This document shows, in pieces, positions 49,601 to 61,485 of a DNA stretch of 64,000 nt. The stretch is from Macrostomum lignano. Taxonomy: Eukaryota. The DNA is taken from contig NIVC01001128.1 of NCBI GenBank assembly GCA_002269645.1, forward strand, positions 62,001 to 126,000. Reading direction: 5' to 3'. Numbering within the stretch: the first letter of the stretch is position 1; the number at the start of each line of letters is the position of its first letter. A program made the position numbers and the translations under genes. The notes beneath the pieces are model-generated. The model worked only from the letters and a program-made list of their open reading frames with translations. It had not been told where the DNA came from and did no database searches.

Positions 49601-52600
49601 ATTGGAATTATATAAATCACTATTAGAATCCCAAGATTAGGAATTTGGGGATTACTATCAGAATCCCAAGGTTAAGGATTTCCAATTTGGGGATCACAAT
49701 CAGAATCTCAGGGTTGGGAATTTGGTGATCATTATTAGAATCACAAGGTTAAGGATTTCTGATTTGGAGATCAGAAATATCAAAATCTATAAATCTGATA
49801 TATATATATCAGAATCCTAGGATTAGGGATTTGGGGATCACTATCAGAACCCCACGATTGGGAATTTGGAAATCACTATCAGAATCCCAAGATTGGGAAT
49901 ACAGGGATCATTATCAGAATCCCAGGATTGGGGATTTAGAGATCACAATAACAATCCCAGGATTTAGGATTTGAGATCACAATTAAAATCCCAATATTGG
50001 GGAAAACAATCTGTTTGAGAAGCACAGTTTAGATTCCCAGGGTTTGAGATATAAAGCTGCGATTTAAAAATGGGTCAAGCTATATTTGATAATCTGATCC
50101 ACTTTCAGATATCCTAGTTGCCAATCCTTCAGCCAATGAGCTGGCTCTGCAGCAGCTGGTTGAAACAATAAAACAACGCTTTGACAGTCTGCATGGGGGA
50201 TTGGCCAATAACAATCAGGTATTGGAGGGCTTGACTGCCAAGTTGCAGTGCCAGCAATTATCAGCAAATAGCTCTGCTACTAGAGGCAGTCCTTCTGGTC
50301 AGGATACTACAGATGGTCAGGTGAATATCATGTTTATTGGTAATAATAAATGTTATGCAGTACATGCATATGTTTTTTCATGACCTTCAAGTCACGATTT
50401 AGTAATCCTTCATGGCAAAAATGCACACCCAAAATTCGGACGTAGTACTAATTAGGTGACGAGGCATTTAGCCTCAACTTTACAGTCATAGTTACTCCTG
50501 CCGTTTACCCCAAATACGTTAATTTTGCTTACACATTTAAGTCGCATTTTTTGTCAAAAGGTAAGTGTCACGTCCGGTTTAAATCAGAGAGTTGCACATG
50601 TATGGTGACAATCATGTTAAAATAATGTTCAAGCCACGGTTTACAGTAATGTACTGATCATGTTTAAATTAAACCATGTCTCCACTGTAAAAATGAACAG
50701 TGCAAACCCAAGTAGCTTCTCAAACGCATTAAACAGGACTTTCAGGAACTGCGCTCCGAGCTAGCAAAGCTGCGCAATCGCCAAGAAGAGTGGCAGCAGA
50801 CCATTGACGACTACGCCAAGCTGAAGAGCCAGTACGGCCTGCTGATCAACACTAGAGAGAGGTTGGAAGAGGAGCGGGACGAACTGCTCCGGCGGATACA
50901 GCAACAGCAACAGGACAAAAATAAACAGACTGAGTCAGAGGCTGCTGCAGCTTCCCAAACCGATGATCAGATGAGGAAGAGAGTCTGCGAGCTGGAGTCT
51001 TTGCTGCAAGAGAAGATTGATGAGTGAGCCGCAATCTCTTGTCTCCCCTCTCCTGTCTCCCCTCTCTTGTCTACCCTCTCCTGTCTCCCCCTCTCTTGTC
51101 TACCCTCTCCTGTCTCCCCCTCTCCTGTCTACCCTCTCCTGTCTCCCCCTCTCCAGTCTCCCCCTCCTATCTCCCCTCTACACTCTCCCCTTTACACTCT
51201 CCTCTCCGGTCGCCCCCTCTTTAGTCTCCCCATATCCATTTCTCGTGTCTCCGGTCTGCTTACACTTACCTTAGCATGAGCAGTGAGCAGGCGAACACTT
51301 GTTTACGCAAGCTCAAAATGTTTTGCTCCGCAGAATCGCCAGCCTGTCAGACGCAAATTGTACTTTTAGAAACGAACTACAAACGCTGGAAATGACAAAC
51401 CAGTGAGCATTCAAAAGTTTTAGGAAAATAAAATTCTCCTAACAGTTTTAAACTAATAAGTATTTTTTAATAAACAGGGAATCAAGCGAGGTTGTGGCTC
51501 AACTTACGCAGGAGGTGAAGACACTGCGCGGCGAGTTGGACTTTGAACGGGCTAAACTGTTGTAAGTGAATAAAAGTTGATATCGTGATAATTATAATAA
51601 TACTATAGGGAAGAATTGCCCCAATCTACTAGGAAAAATCGCCCTAATCTACTGGGAAGAATAACCCTAATCTATTAGGAAGAATCGCCCTTAACCTACT
51701 AAGAAGAATCGCCCTTAATTTGCTAAGAAGAATCGCCCCTAATCTACTGGAAAGAATCACCCCTAATCTACTGGGAAGAAGTAGAATCGCCCGTAATCTA
51801 CTGGGAAAAATCGCCCCTAATCTACTGGGAAGAAGAAGAATCGCCCGTAATCTACTGGGAAGAATCGCCCTAATCTACTAGGAAGAATCGCCCTAAACTA
51901 CTGGGAAGAATAACCCTAATCTATTAGGAAGAATCGCCCTTAACCTACTAAGAAGAATCGCCCTTAATTTGCTAAGAAGAATCGCCCCTAATCTACTGGG
52001 AAGAATCACCCCTAATCTACTGGGAAGAAGTAGAATCGCCCGTAATCTACTGGGAAAAATCGCCCCTAATCTACTGGGAAGAAGAAGAATCGCCCGTAAT
52101 CTACTGGGAAAAATCGCCCCTAATCTACTAGGAAGAAGAAGAATCGCCCGTAATCTACTGAGAAAAATCGCCCCTAATCTACTGGGAAGAAGAAGAATCG
52201 CCCTTAATCTACTGGGAAGAAGAATCGCCCTTAATCTACTGGGAAGAAGTAGAATCGCCCGTAATCTACTGGGAAAAATCGCCCCTAATCTACTGGGAAG
52301 AAGAAGAATCGCCCTTAATCTACTGGGAAGAAGAAGAATCGCCCTTAATCTACTGGGAAAAATCGCCCCTAATCTACTAGGAAGAAGAAGAATCGCCCGT
52401 AATCTACTGAGAAAAATCGCCCCTAATCTACTGGGAAGAAGAAGAATCGCCCTTAATCTACTGGGAAGAAGAAGAATCGCCCTTAATCTACTGGGAAGAA
52501 GTAGAATCGCCCGTAATCTACTGAGAAAAATCGCCCCTAATCTACTGGGAAGAAGAAGAATCGCCCTTAATCTACTGGGAAGAAGAATCGCCCTTAATCT

Positions 52601-55451
52601 ACTGGGAAGAAGTAGAATCGCCCGTAATCTACTGGGAAGAAGAAGAATCGCCCCTAATCTACTGGGAAGAAGAAGAATCGCCCTTAATCTACTGGGAAGA
52701 AGAAGAATCGCCCTTAATCTACTGGGAAGAAGAAGAATCGCCCTTAATCTACTGGGAAGAAGAAGAATCGCCCCTAATCTACTGGGAAGAAGTAGAATCG
52801 CCCGTAATCTACTGGGAAAAATTGCCCCTAATCTACTGGGAAGAAGTAGAATCGCCCGTAATCTACTGGGAAAAATCGCCCCTAATCTACTGGGAAGAAG
52901 TAGAATCGCCCGTAATCTACTGGGAAAAATCGCCCCTAATCTACTGGGAAGAAGAAGAATCGCCCGTAATCTACTGGGAAAAATCGCCCCTAATCTACTA
53001 GGAAGAAGAAGAATCGCCCGTAATCTACTGGGAAGAATCGCCCCTAATCTACTGGGAAGAAGAAGAATCGCCCGTAATCTACTGGGAAAAATCGCCCCTA
53101 ATCTACTAGGAAGAAGAAGAATCGCCCGTAATCTACTGGGAAGAATCGCCCCTAATCTACTGGGAAGAATCGCCCCTAATCTACTGGGAAGAACCGCCCC
53201 TAATCTTCATAGGTACACCTGCCTCCTAAACCAAAACACCTATCCTTCAGCGAACAAGAGCTAAACTTCAAAGACTCTCTAACCGACCTGCGTGAGAACA
53301 GCGGCGTTCAACAATTGGAGCAGCTCCGAGTTGAACTGCAAAATCGAAAGCGTCGTGAGCAGGAGCAGCAGAGGCTGTACGGTGAAAGCGACCAAGCTGT
53401 TAATGACATTCTCAGACAGGCCGAGGAAGCCAATGCCGAGGTTGACAGGCTGAAAAAGCAGCAAGTTGTCATGGAGACCAGCCTAGCTGATAATGCCCGC
53501 CGTATGGAAGAGATTGTTAGTAAAGAACTACACGAAAGAGAGCGAGCAAACGAACTTGATGAAAGAATAAAACGCCTGATTAATGAGCATTTGACAGAGA
53601 GGCACCAGCTGCAGGAGAGAATTGGGTCAGTTTTTTTGCTTTTAAAAGACATTAGTTACAAATTCAATCAACGTATACTCAACAACAATAAATAGTCGCC
53701 ACCTTTGAGAGTGCGCAGTAAATTCTAGCTCAGTATTGACTTTTGAGTGACGCAACTTGCGCCACGCGACGCGACGCAGAGCTGGGCTGGGTGAGGAGGG
53801 ATTGGGAAGAGCGGAGGGCAAAGACTGGATGGATTGAAGCTTCCGCCCGGTTTTCATAGTTTTTTTCCAGCATTTTTAAAATCAAAATGGTTGACCAGGT
53901 GATAGACGCTGGTCGAAAGACACTGCCCACTGGGGCAAAGGGCGGCGACTTTTCAATGTTGCTGAGTATATTGAGCGATTTCCAACCTAGGGGGCGTACG
54001 CTTTTAGCTATTCTGCCCGTTGAAAACGTTACCGTGACAAGAATCGCTAGGGTGATCGCCAACAGCCCAGTAGTGACGCTAGCGACTCTTCTGACTCTTT
54101 AACGACTCAAGCGACTGTAATGCAACGATCACAGCGACTGTCGAGTCAAGCGCGCATCACGTGGGTTGTAGAATCGTAAAAAAGTCGTACAAGAGTCGTG
54201 TTTAAGCGCCTAACTTTCTACTAACTCAAGTAGACTAAATAGAGTTGTTATAAATGCGAGACACGATTTTAATTCATAAAATGACGCTGATGCGCTTTAG
54301 ACTCAACTCAGTGACTACTCAGTGCTCGTAGAAGCGCCCCAGAGTCACTTGCATCGCCCCAGCGTCGTTTCTGAGTTGCAGATGATAAAACGTCTCAAAT
54401 TGACTTTTAGGCGACTGTTTGACGACTTTTTGGCAACTTGTACCGTGACATCTCGTCGTTTTAGAGTCGTCTAGAGTCACGATAGGAAAGGGAATCTGGG
54501 AAGCCTCTTAGGCCTAGGTACTGTTCTCATTGGGTTGTTACCTAGGCCAAGAAGCGTCCCAAAGTTGTTTTAGAGTTGTTGCAGATGACATGGATAAAAT
54601 AGGAAAGAAGTGACTTTAAACGACTTTGAAACGACGAGACGTCACGGTCACGTTACAAGTCGTCAAATAGTCGCTTGAGAGTCACTTTAAAGCGTTTTGT
54701 TTCCTGCGGCTCTGAAACGACTCTGGGGCCGTAAAGTCGTAGTTGAGGCGTTCTAAAGTCACTGTGTCACAACGATTCTTGGACGAATCTTACGATTCTA
54801 CAACTACGTGACGCGCTCGTGACGCAACTGTCGCCTCTCCGTCGCATTAGAGACGTATGAGTCGTTAAAAAGTCACAAGATTTGCACCAGAGTCGCTAGT
54901 GTCACTAGAGAGTTGTTTGAAATGACTTTAGCAGCTATTTGGGTCCTAACAGAGGCAATTCGGTTGCTGTCACCACACTTATTTGGGCTGATTTATATGA
55001 TTTATCACATAACAACCAGCAGTCCTCCATTCTCAATCTGCAGCCGATTAAAGACGGCCCATCGTGAGGAGCTGAAATCTCAGCTGGAGCAGCAATCCAA
55101 AGAGTCTGACCGCACAGTGAACGACATCATAGCTGCTGCCGAGTGCGACAAGCAGGCCATGCAGAAGGAGATCGGCGATCTGAAAGCGCGCCTAGCCAAC
55201 GCCGAAGAGCTGCTCAGGCGTCGAACCGAGGAGCTCAACGCCTCAACGGATGCTGTATCAAATATGCAGCGATACTCGGAGAGTCTGCAGGCTGAGAGGC
55301 TGGCCTTGGAACGACAACTGGCGGACTGTCAGAGCAAGTGCTCGGAAGCCGCTGATCAGGCGGTGCACTTTAGAAATCTGAGCGAGAGTAGGGCAAATAG
55401 GGTCAGGTGAGTTTTTTTATTTATGACAATCAGGTGTCTGTGGGTCTGGGC

Positions 55452-55491
<40 letters not shown>

Positions 55492-56102
55492 TGGAATGGG
55501 CGTGTAACCTCGCGGCTAAGCTACTGGTTTTCTTATTTGCTAAGGATTATGAGTGGATTATTATCTGCTGTACTGATTTTTAATTTTGGTAGTTCGCTGC
55601 CACCAGGTTCCTGCTGTTCCCTAATTCTAGTTTTAGTTTTATAGAACTGAGTCAGGACACCAATTTAGATTTAGTTAATCACAAAAGTTTAATAATAAAG
55701 AACAGTAAATGGTTATTTGATTGTACAAAAGTTGGTCTTACATTAGTTCCTGTCTTAAGTTTTCCCGTTGTGCGTTGGGCAAGACTCCCAGTTTTTAGAT
55801 AAGAGGCAAGACTCCTCTGTGCAATCCTAGCCTATACTTCCCTTTTTTATTTCCTTTTCTTACCGAATTCCTTGATGTTCGCGAGACGCGTAAGCCAGAT
55901 GCTTTTCCAAGAGCCCAACTGCTCTGTACTTCTAGAGAAACCCCAAAACTAGCGAATTACCCCTGCCCTAATTATTTCCCCGGGTTGAAACTACTGATAG
56001 TAGGCAAAAAGCATATTTGAACCCACAATAATTCCCGTTCCTAAAATAATGCCCTATTACACTAGATAGATAGATAGATAGGTAGATGGATAGTTAGATA
56101 GG

Positions 56103-56154
<52 letters not shown>

Positions 56155-56163
56155 GAGAGAGAC

Positions 56164-56254
<91 letters not shown>

Positions 56255-56358
56255 GAGACAGATAGATAGATAGATAGACAGATAGATAGATAGATATATA
56301 GAGAGACAGATAGACAGATAGATAGATAGAGAGATAGATAGATAGATAGATAGATAGG

Positions 56359-56402
<44 letters not shown>

Positions 56403-56507
56403 GAGACAGATAGATAGATAGATAGATAGACAGATAGATAGATAGATATATAGAGAGACAGATAGACAGATAGATAGATAGATAGAGAGATAGATAGATA
56501 GATAGAG

Positions 56508-56557
<50 letters not shown>

Positions 56558-56930
56558 TACATGCCATTTTTAGTATATTAAAATTTGTACATACATGTAC
56601 AAAACGCATTACAGAGAGCTGGAGAGTCAACTATCAAGTCTGCAGGTTGAGCACACCCAGTTGAGGACAAACTACAGCCAATTGGAGCACAGACTCACTG
56701 ACAGCTTGGGTCAGGAGCAGACTTGGAAGCGTAAAGCTGATGAGGCGCAGGACACAATGGGCGAATACGCCCGGTCTATGGACAACTGTCGGCGAGCTTT
56801 CGAGCAGGAAGTTCGAGAAAAGGAGACTCTGAAGAAGGAGAACGATCAGCTGAAGAGGGAGCGGGATCAGCTGTTTGACCAGGTCAACCGGGTTCGATGC
56901 GCCTTTGAGCAGCAAAATGAGACCATGTAA
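46656..56930 (+). CDS. Seven-exon long coiled-coil protein (~598 aa), possibly NEMO/optineurin-like
   Basis: Exons 46656-46815, 50109-50320, 50737-51023, 51478-51561, 53251-53625, 55044-55406, 56615-56930. All introns GT-AG with phases 1,0,2,2,2,2 giving one 1797-nt frame. Start and last exon less certain. Confidence 0.75.
47413..49466. mobile_element. 2054-bp non-autonomous hAT-like element in intron 1 of the coiled-coil gene
   Basis: TIR TAGTGATGGA; perfect 8-bp TSD atttatag at 47405-47412 and 49467-49474; subterminal ccgaat/attcgg repeats. Confidence 0.85.
49475..50045. repeat. Degenerate ~35-bp satellite (aggattgggaatttggggatcactattagaatcc), also present at ~47300-47404
   Basis: Recurring gggatcacta(t/c)(t/c)agaatcc motif on both sides of the hAT-like element. 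Confidence 0.7.
51035..51200. repeat. 14-bp pyrimidine-rich repeat (cccctctcctgtct) just after the exon 3 donor
   Basis: About 11 units. Confidence 0.85.
51605..53205. repeat. 24-30 bp minisatellite (aatctactgggaagaagaagaatcgcccct) filling intron 4
   Basis: About 55 units, lengths mostly multiples of 3; the source of the [13 protein letters not shown]. Confidence 0.95.
54071..54907. mobile_element. MITE-like element with TAGTGAC termini and CGAC/GTCG-rich interior
   Basis: tagtgac(g/a)ctagcgactc inverted at both ends, plus inverted ttaacgactc; no TSD found. Confidence 0.6.
56064..56557. repeat. (GATA)n microsatellite (~490 bp); a shorter run lies at 55452-55491
   Basis: GATA run with GACA/GAGA variants. 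Confidence 0.97.
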
Positions 56931-59037
56931 TTGCTTGGGTTTTACTAAACATTTCTTAAAACTACTTCTATCTAAAAGTCGGTAGAATTTATAAAAAAGT
57001 GTTATACAGTTTTCAAGTTTTTTGCACCTGATCCACGCTCTTTGATTGAACTCTACTCTATTTTCTTAGAACACTACAACTTGTACATGTACATACACGT
57101 TTTTTCGGCCGGTAATTGGGTCGGTCCCCTGTTTTCAGTTCTAAGAAATCCCCACGTCGATTCCACGCTGGTACTTTTACTTTAATTCTATTTCATCATT
57201 TTTTAAAATACATACTGCATTCACTCTTCTCTTTGCTGTCAAATCTTTTTGTTTCTAGCGAAACATTCAATGCGCTCGTCCGTAAATGAAATTCCTTTTG
57301 TTTGTTCTTGAATGATAAACATGTAAAGCAAGTCGAACCTTAAATTAAAGCTTAAAAAGGTGCTCTGAACGGTAGAAATCGCGAATATTATAAACTTTAA
57401 CATTCGTACTGATCGCTTTTTCTGTTTCAACCGTCTTTGCTAACGTAATTTTTACATGTACGTGTACCCTAGTGAAAATTTTGATACGCATACCCGGTAC
57501 ATGTGAAGAAGTTATTTAACTTAAATAATCCACATAGCGTTGTTGAAGTCCTGGGAAAGGAATAAAAATATTTTTTTCATTTATTTGTTGTTACATTTGC
57601 CTTCTCTAAAACTACATGTACAGCTCTACAACCCGACATTTTCAAGACGTTTCATACAGAGACCGGTACTACAGTATAGACACGAATTGAATAAATTCAC
57701 GATGTATTCGTGCTGGGTCTGTGAGTCACTTTTGGAGAATGCTTTTATGTTTGATTGGCCTTTAGGCAAAAAATTTCCATCGGAATATTTAATATCTATT
57801 TTAGGAAGAAAATCTATTGTTTCCATAATCAAAATTGTGTTTTCATTGTCAATGGATTTGGTCTGAACAGGCCTTTAAATTTACTCTCTATTTTAACAAA
57901 TTGAACATTTGAAACCGAGCAAACTGTAGATTATTATGTAAAAACGAAATACGATTAGCTCTTTTTAATACAAATTACGTGTATTTAGCTTTTTATGTAG
58001 ATTAATACTTTAATTTATTTAGAAGGCAAATTTCTTTTCCAGAAACAACAGAAGTCAGCCCGCCCGCAAGTCTTGGTAGTGGTCAGGTGCAGGCGGGTAG
58101 CCAGGATTCACGTCAGGGGGGGGGGGGGAGGGACAGACACATCAATCCATCTCCGATGTTACCGATGGAAGCAAAATACAAAGGCAGTAAAAAATTCCCC
58201 TTTCAAGGGGGACAATGGTCATCGACATGTCCGAGTAGGCCCTACCTGCGTGGCTGCATACTCGGTGAAAAGTCAGATTTTTTCTTCGCTGTTTTCTAAT
58301 TGCATAGGCCTACAGGCTACATTTTATTGCTTGCAGCAAAGAATTTTCAAATTGAAATAGAAAGTGTGGGTTTAGGCCCTATCTTTTATAACTGTCTGTG
58401 GGACAAGGCCAGCCTACAATACAAGGATGGACTCAGATCAGAATCTCGCCAGGCTAGGCCTACTCACTATTGCCTATGTAATTAGGGGGGGGGGGGCTAA
58501 CTGATATTTGTCAGAATGTCAAATAGATAGGCCTATCATATAATATATAAAAATATTAGGCTATAATAGTTAGGCTAGGGGTTGTCAGGTTGATGGTCAT
58601 TTTGTTTGCTCTGCTACCAGTGCCAGTTTGTCTGCTCTGCTAGCTACTCTTTTTGTCTGCAAAAAATACTTAATAATACAGTAATTTTCTCTGTCACTAA
58701 ATATTAAATACAATGACAATTTTATGATATTAGAATAGAATGAAATAATAGGCCTAGATAGCAAAGTCATTTTATAATAATAGTGATCTAATGACAATAT
58801 TGTTATTAGATGTATTACTGAATCTACATTTTGTCAAAACAACAATATGTCATATACTATTCAAATTATTGGGAATTAGTATTCAAATTAACGAAAATAG
58901 CAATTAATTAGGATTATATTGTATATGGGATAAAACAAGTTACAAATTATTAAATAAGATTAAATTAATAGCAATACATAGATTTAAGGGAAAAGGTCCA
59001 ATTTGCTATATTGCCCATCTGCTAGCTACTATGCAAT

Positions 59038-59712
59038 GCAATTAAAACACTAAGCAAATGATTGCTATGCACACAGTTAAAACACTAGGCCTAGGTAGAT
59101 GGTTGCTATGCATACAATTAAAACACTAAGCAGATGGTTGCTATGCACACAATTAGAACACTAGGTAGATGGTTGCTATGCACACAATTAAAACACTAGG
59201 TAGATGGTTGCTATGCACACAATTAAAACACTAGGTAGATGGTTGCTATGCCCACAATTAAAACACTAGGTAGATGGTTGCTATGCACACAATTAAAACA
59301 CTAGGTAGATGGTTGCTATGCACACAATTAAAACACTAGGCAGATGGCTGCTATGCACACAATTAAAACACTAGGTAGATGGTTGCTATGCACACAATTA
59401 AAACACTAGGTAGATGGTTGCTATGCCCACAATTAAAACACTAGGTAGATGGTTGCTATGCACACAATTAAAACACTAGGTAGATGGTTGCTATGCACAC
59501 AATTAAAACACTAGGCAGATGGCTGCTATGCACACAATTAAAACACTAGGTAGATGGTTGCTATGTACACAATTAAAACACTAGGTAGATGGTTGCTATG
59601 CACACAATTAAAACACTAGGTAGATGGTTGCTATGCACACAATTAAAACACTAGGTAGGTAGATGGTTGCTATGCACACAATTAAAACACTAGGCAGATG
59701 GCTGCTATGCAT
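59038..59712. repeat. 35-bp minisatellite (ctaggtagatggttgctatgcacacaattaaaaca)
   Basis: About 19 units. Confidence 0.95.
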
Positions 59713-61485
59713 ACAAGTTCTGTTTTTATATGCATCCCAAAATTTAATATGCCAATTATATATATTGATTGAGACTTGAGAGCCTGAGGCTTAGAACTTG
59801 GTCCCACCTACTGTCTTAGCAAGTTTATATGCCAAGCTATATACCAAGGGATATGTTATGCTAGGCCCCATTTATATTCCAACAATATATGCTAGATCCT
59901 TTCATATATAAGAATTTTCTAGATTAGATGTATCTATCTTTAATCTACTATCTTCAATCTAGTATGTGCCAAACACAATTGCATATATTTAGCCTATTAT
60001 TGTATATAACAATTGCAGATATAGTAGGTTTTAGCCTTTGTACCTGGGTAGTCCCTAAAGATTAAGAAATAAATCTAGCACTTAGTATCTCCATTGTTGT
60101 GGCTAAAATTAATGAAATAATTTTCATCATTTTGAAATAAATTATAGCTTCTAATCTCTCAACATGTTTATACACAATAATATGTATTTTCTATATAAAA
60201 AATGAAAAAAATTGAACTTGATAGGGTGGGGGTGCATGCCCTGTGCCTGTGCGCCTCCTTCCTAAATCTGCCATTGGTCTTAGCATTCCCCCCATTTGCC
60301 TAAATATATAATATACATCTCCTAGCAATACCCCCTGTCAACCTTAACATCTTAGCAATTCCTCCTATAGGCTTTGACATCTTAGCAATTCCTCTATAAG
60401 TTTTTATATCTTAACAATTCTCAAATAAATCTTATATGTTCAAGAGGATACTTCTTTTATATAAAGATGATTCATTTTTTATATGACTCTTCTAGTTTCA
60501 AATTAGCCTTAGTATAAATGGCTTAGAATAAAAAATAACAAAAAATTAGTTCCATATAAATGACCTGATATAACAAGAGATTTAGTATATAGCATTTATA
60601 TTTACTATTGGCATATGTTTTATATATAAAAGTATTATGTGCAAAGAATATTGACTATTTTACCAGTATACTTAAATTAGGTTAAAAAGTTTTTTAAATT
60701 AAATGAATTGTTGATTTCATAATGTAAAGAAGTTTTAATGCAATTTTGGCATTATAGCCATGCCATTATAGTTTATTACAGTTTGTTACTAATTGGTTTA
60801 AAATGGTCAGGATTTAATATAGCAAAACTTCAATAAGGCTCTATGCATCTTACATATATTGACAATAAGGTATATTTTTGTTTTTGATGTCAATATTTAA
60901 AAATAAAAAATTTAAACTGTCAAATATAAGAAAAGCCAATGTACTTAGTTATGATTGTTTGTTTGTTTAATCAATAAAATTAACTAGACATTTGTGTTGT
61001 AGATATATACATCTATTATCTTATCTATATGAAAATTATATAAATGAGAGTGTCTTGCTATGCCAAGTAACATAGTAGAGTATGAGTCAGATTAGAATTG
61101 CATATGTGGTCCTAAACTGAGCCTTTAATACCTTGTACATTGGACAATTTGTCTCCTGTATTAAATAGGTATTATCTGGTCAAAAATACATTACTATATA
61201 AAATGTCATAGATAATGTGACTTTAGGAGCTTAAAGTGTAAGGTAAAATATCCTATACCTTTTCATTCTATTTTAACTTGGCCTAAGTTTTAATTGTTAA
61301 AGTGTTTTGCTTAACTATGATTTAAAATTTACATATAAGCTACTTATATGGACAGCCAATTTCATCAAAGTTGCAAATGTTTATTTTAATTACTTGAAGC
61401 TTTTTTTGAAATGTATGATTAAATTTTGTTTAATCTATTGGAAACAAAAAACAACAAATTTCAGAGTATCTATTCTAGACTAATT

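Noticed and set aside
58043-58360. Possible eighth exon or zinc finger of the coiled-coil gene
   Set aside because: Open in two frames across an uncertain 14-G run; phase cannot be fixed and no clear C2HC motif
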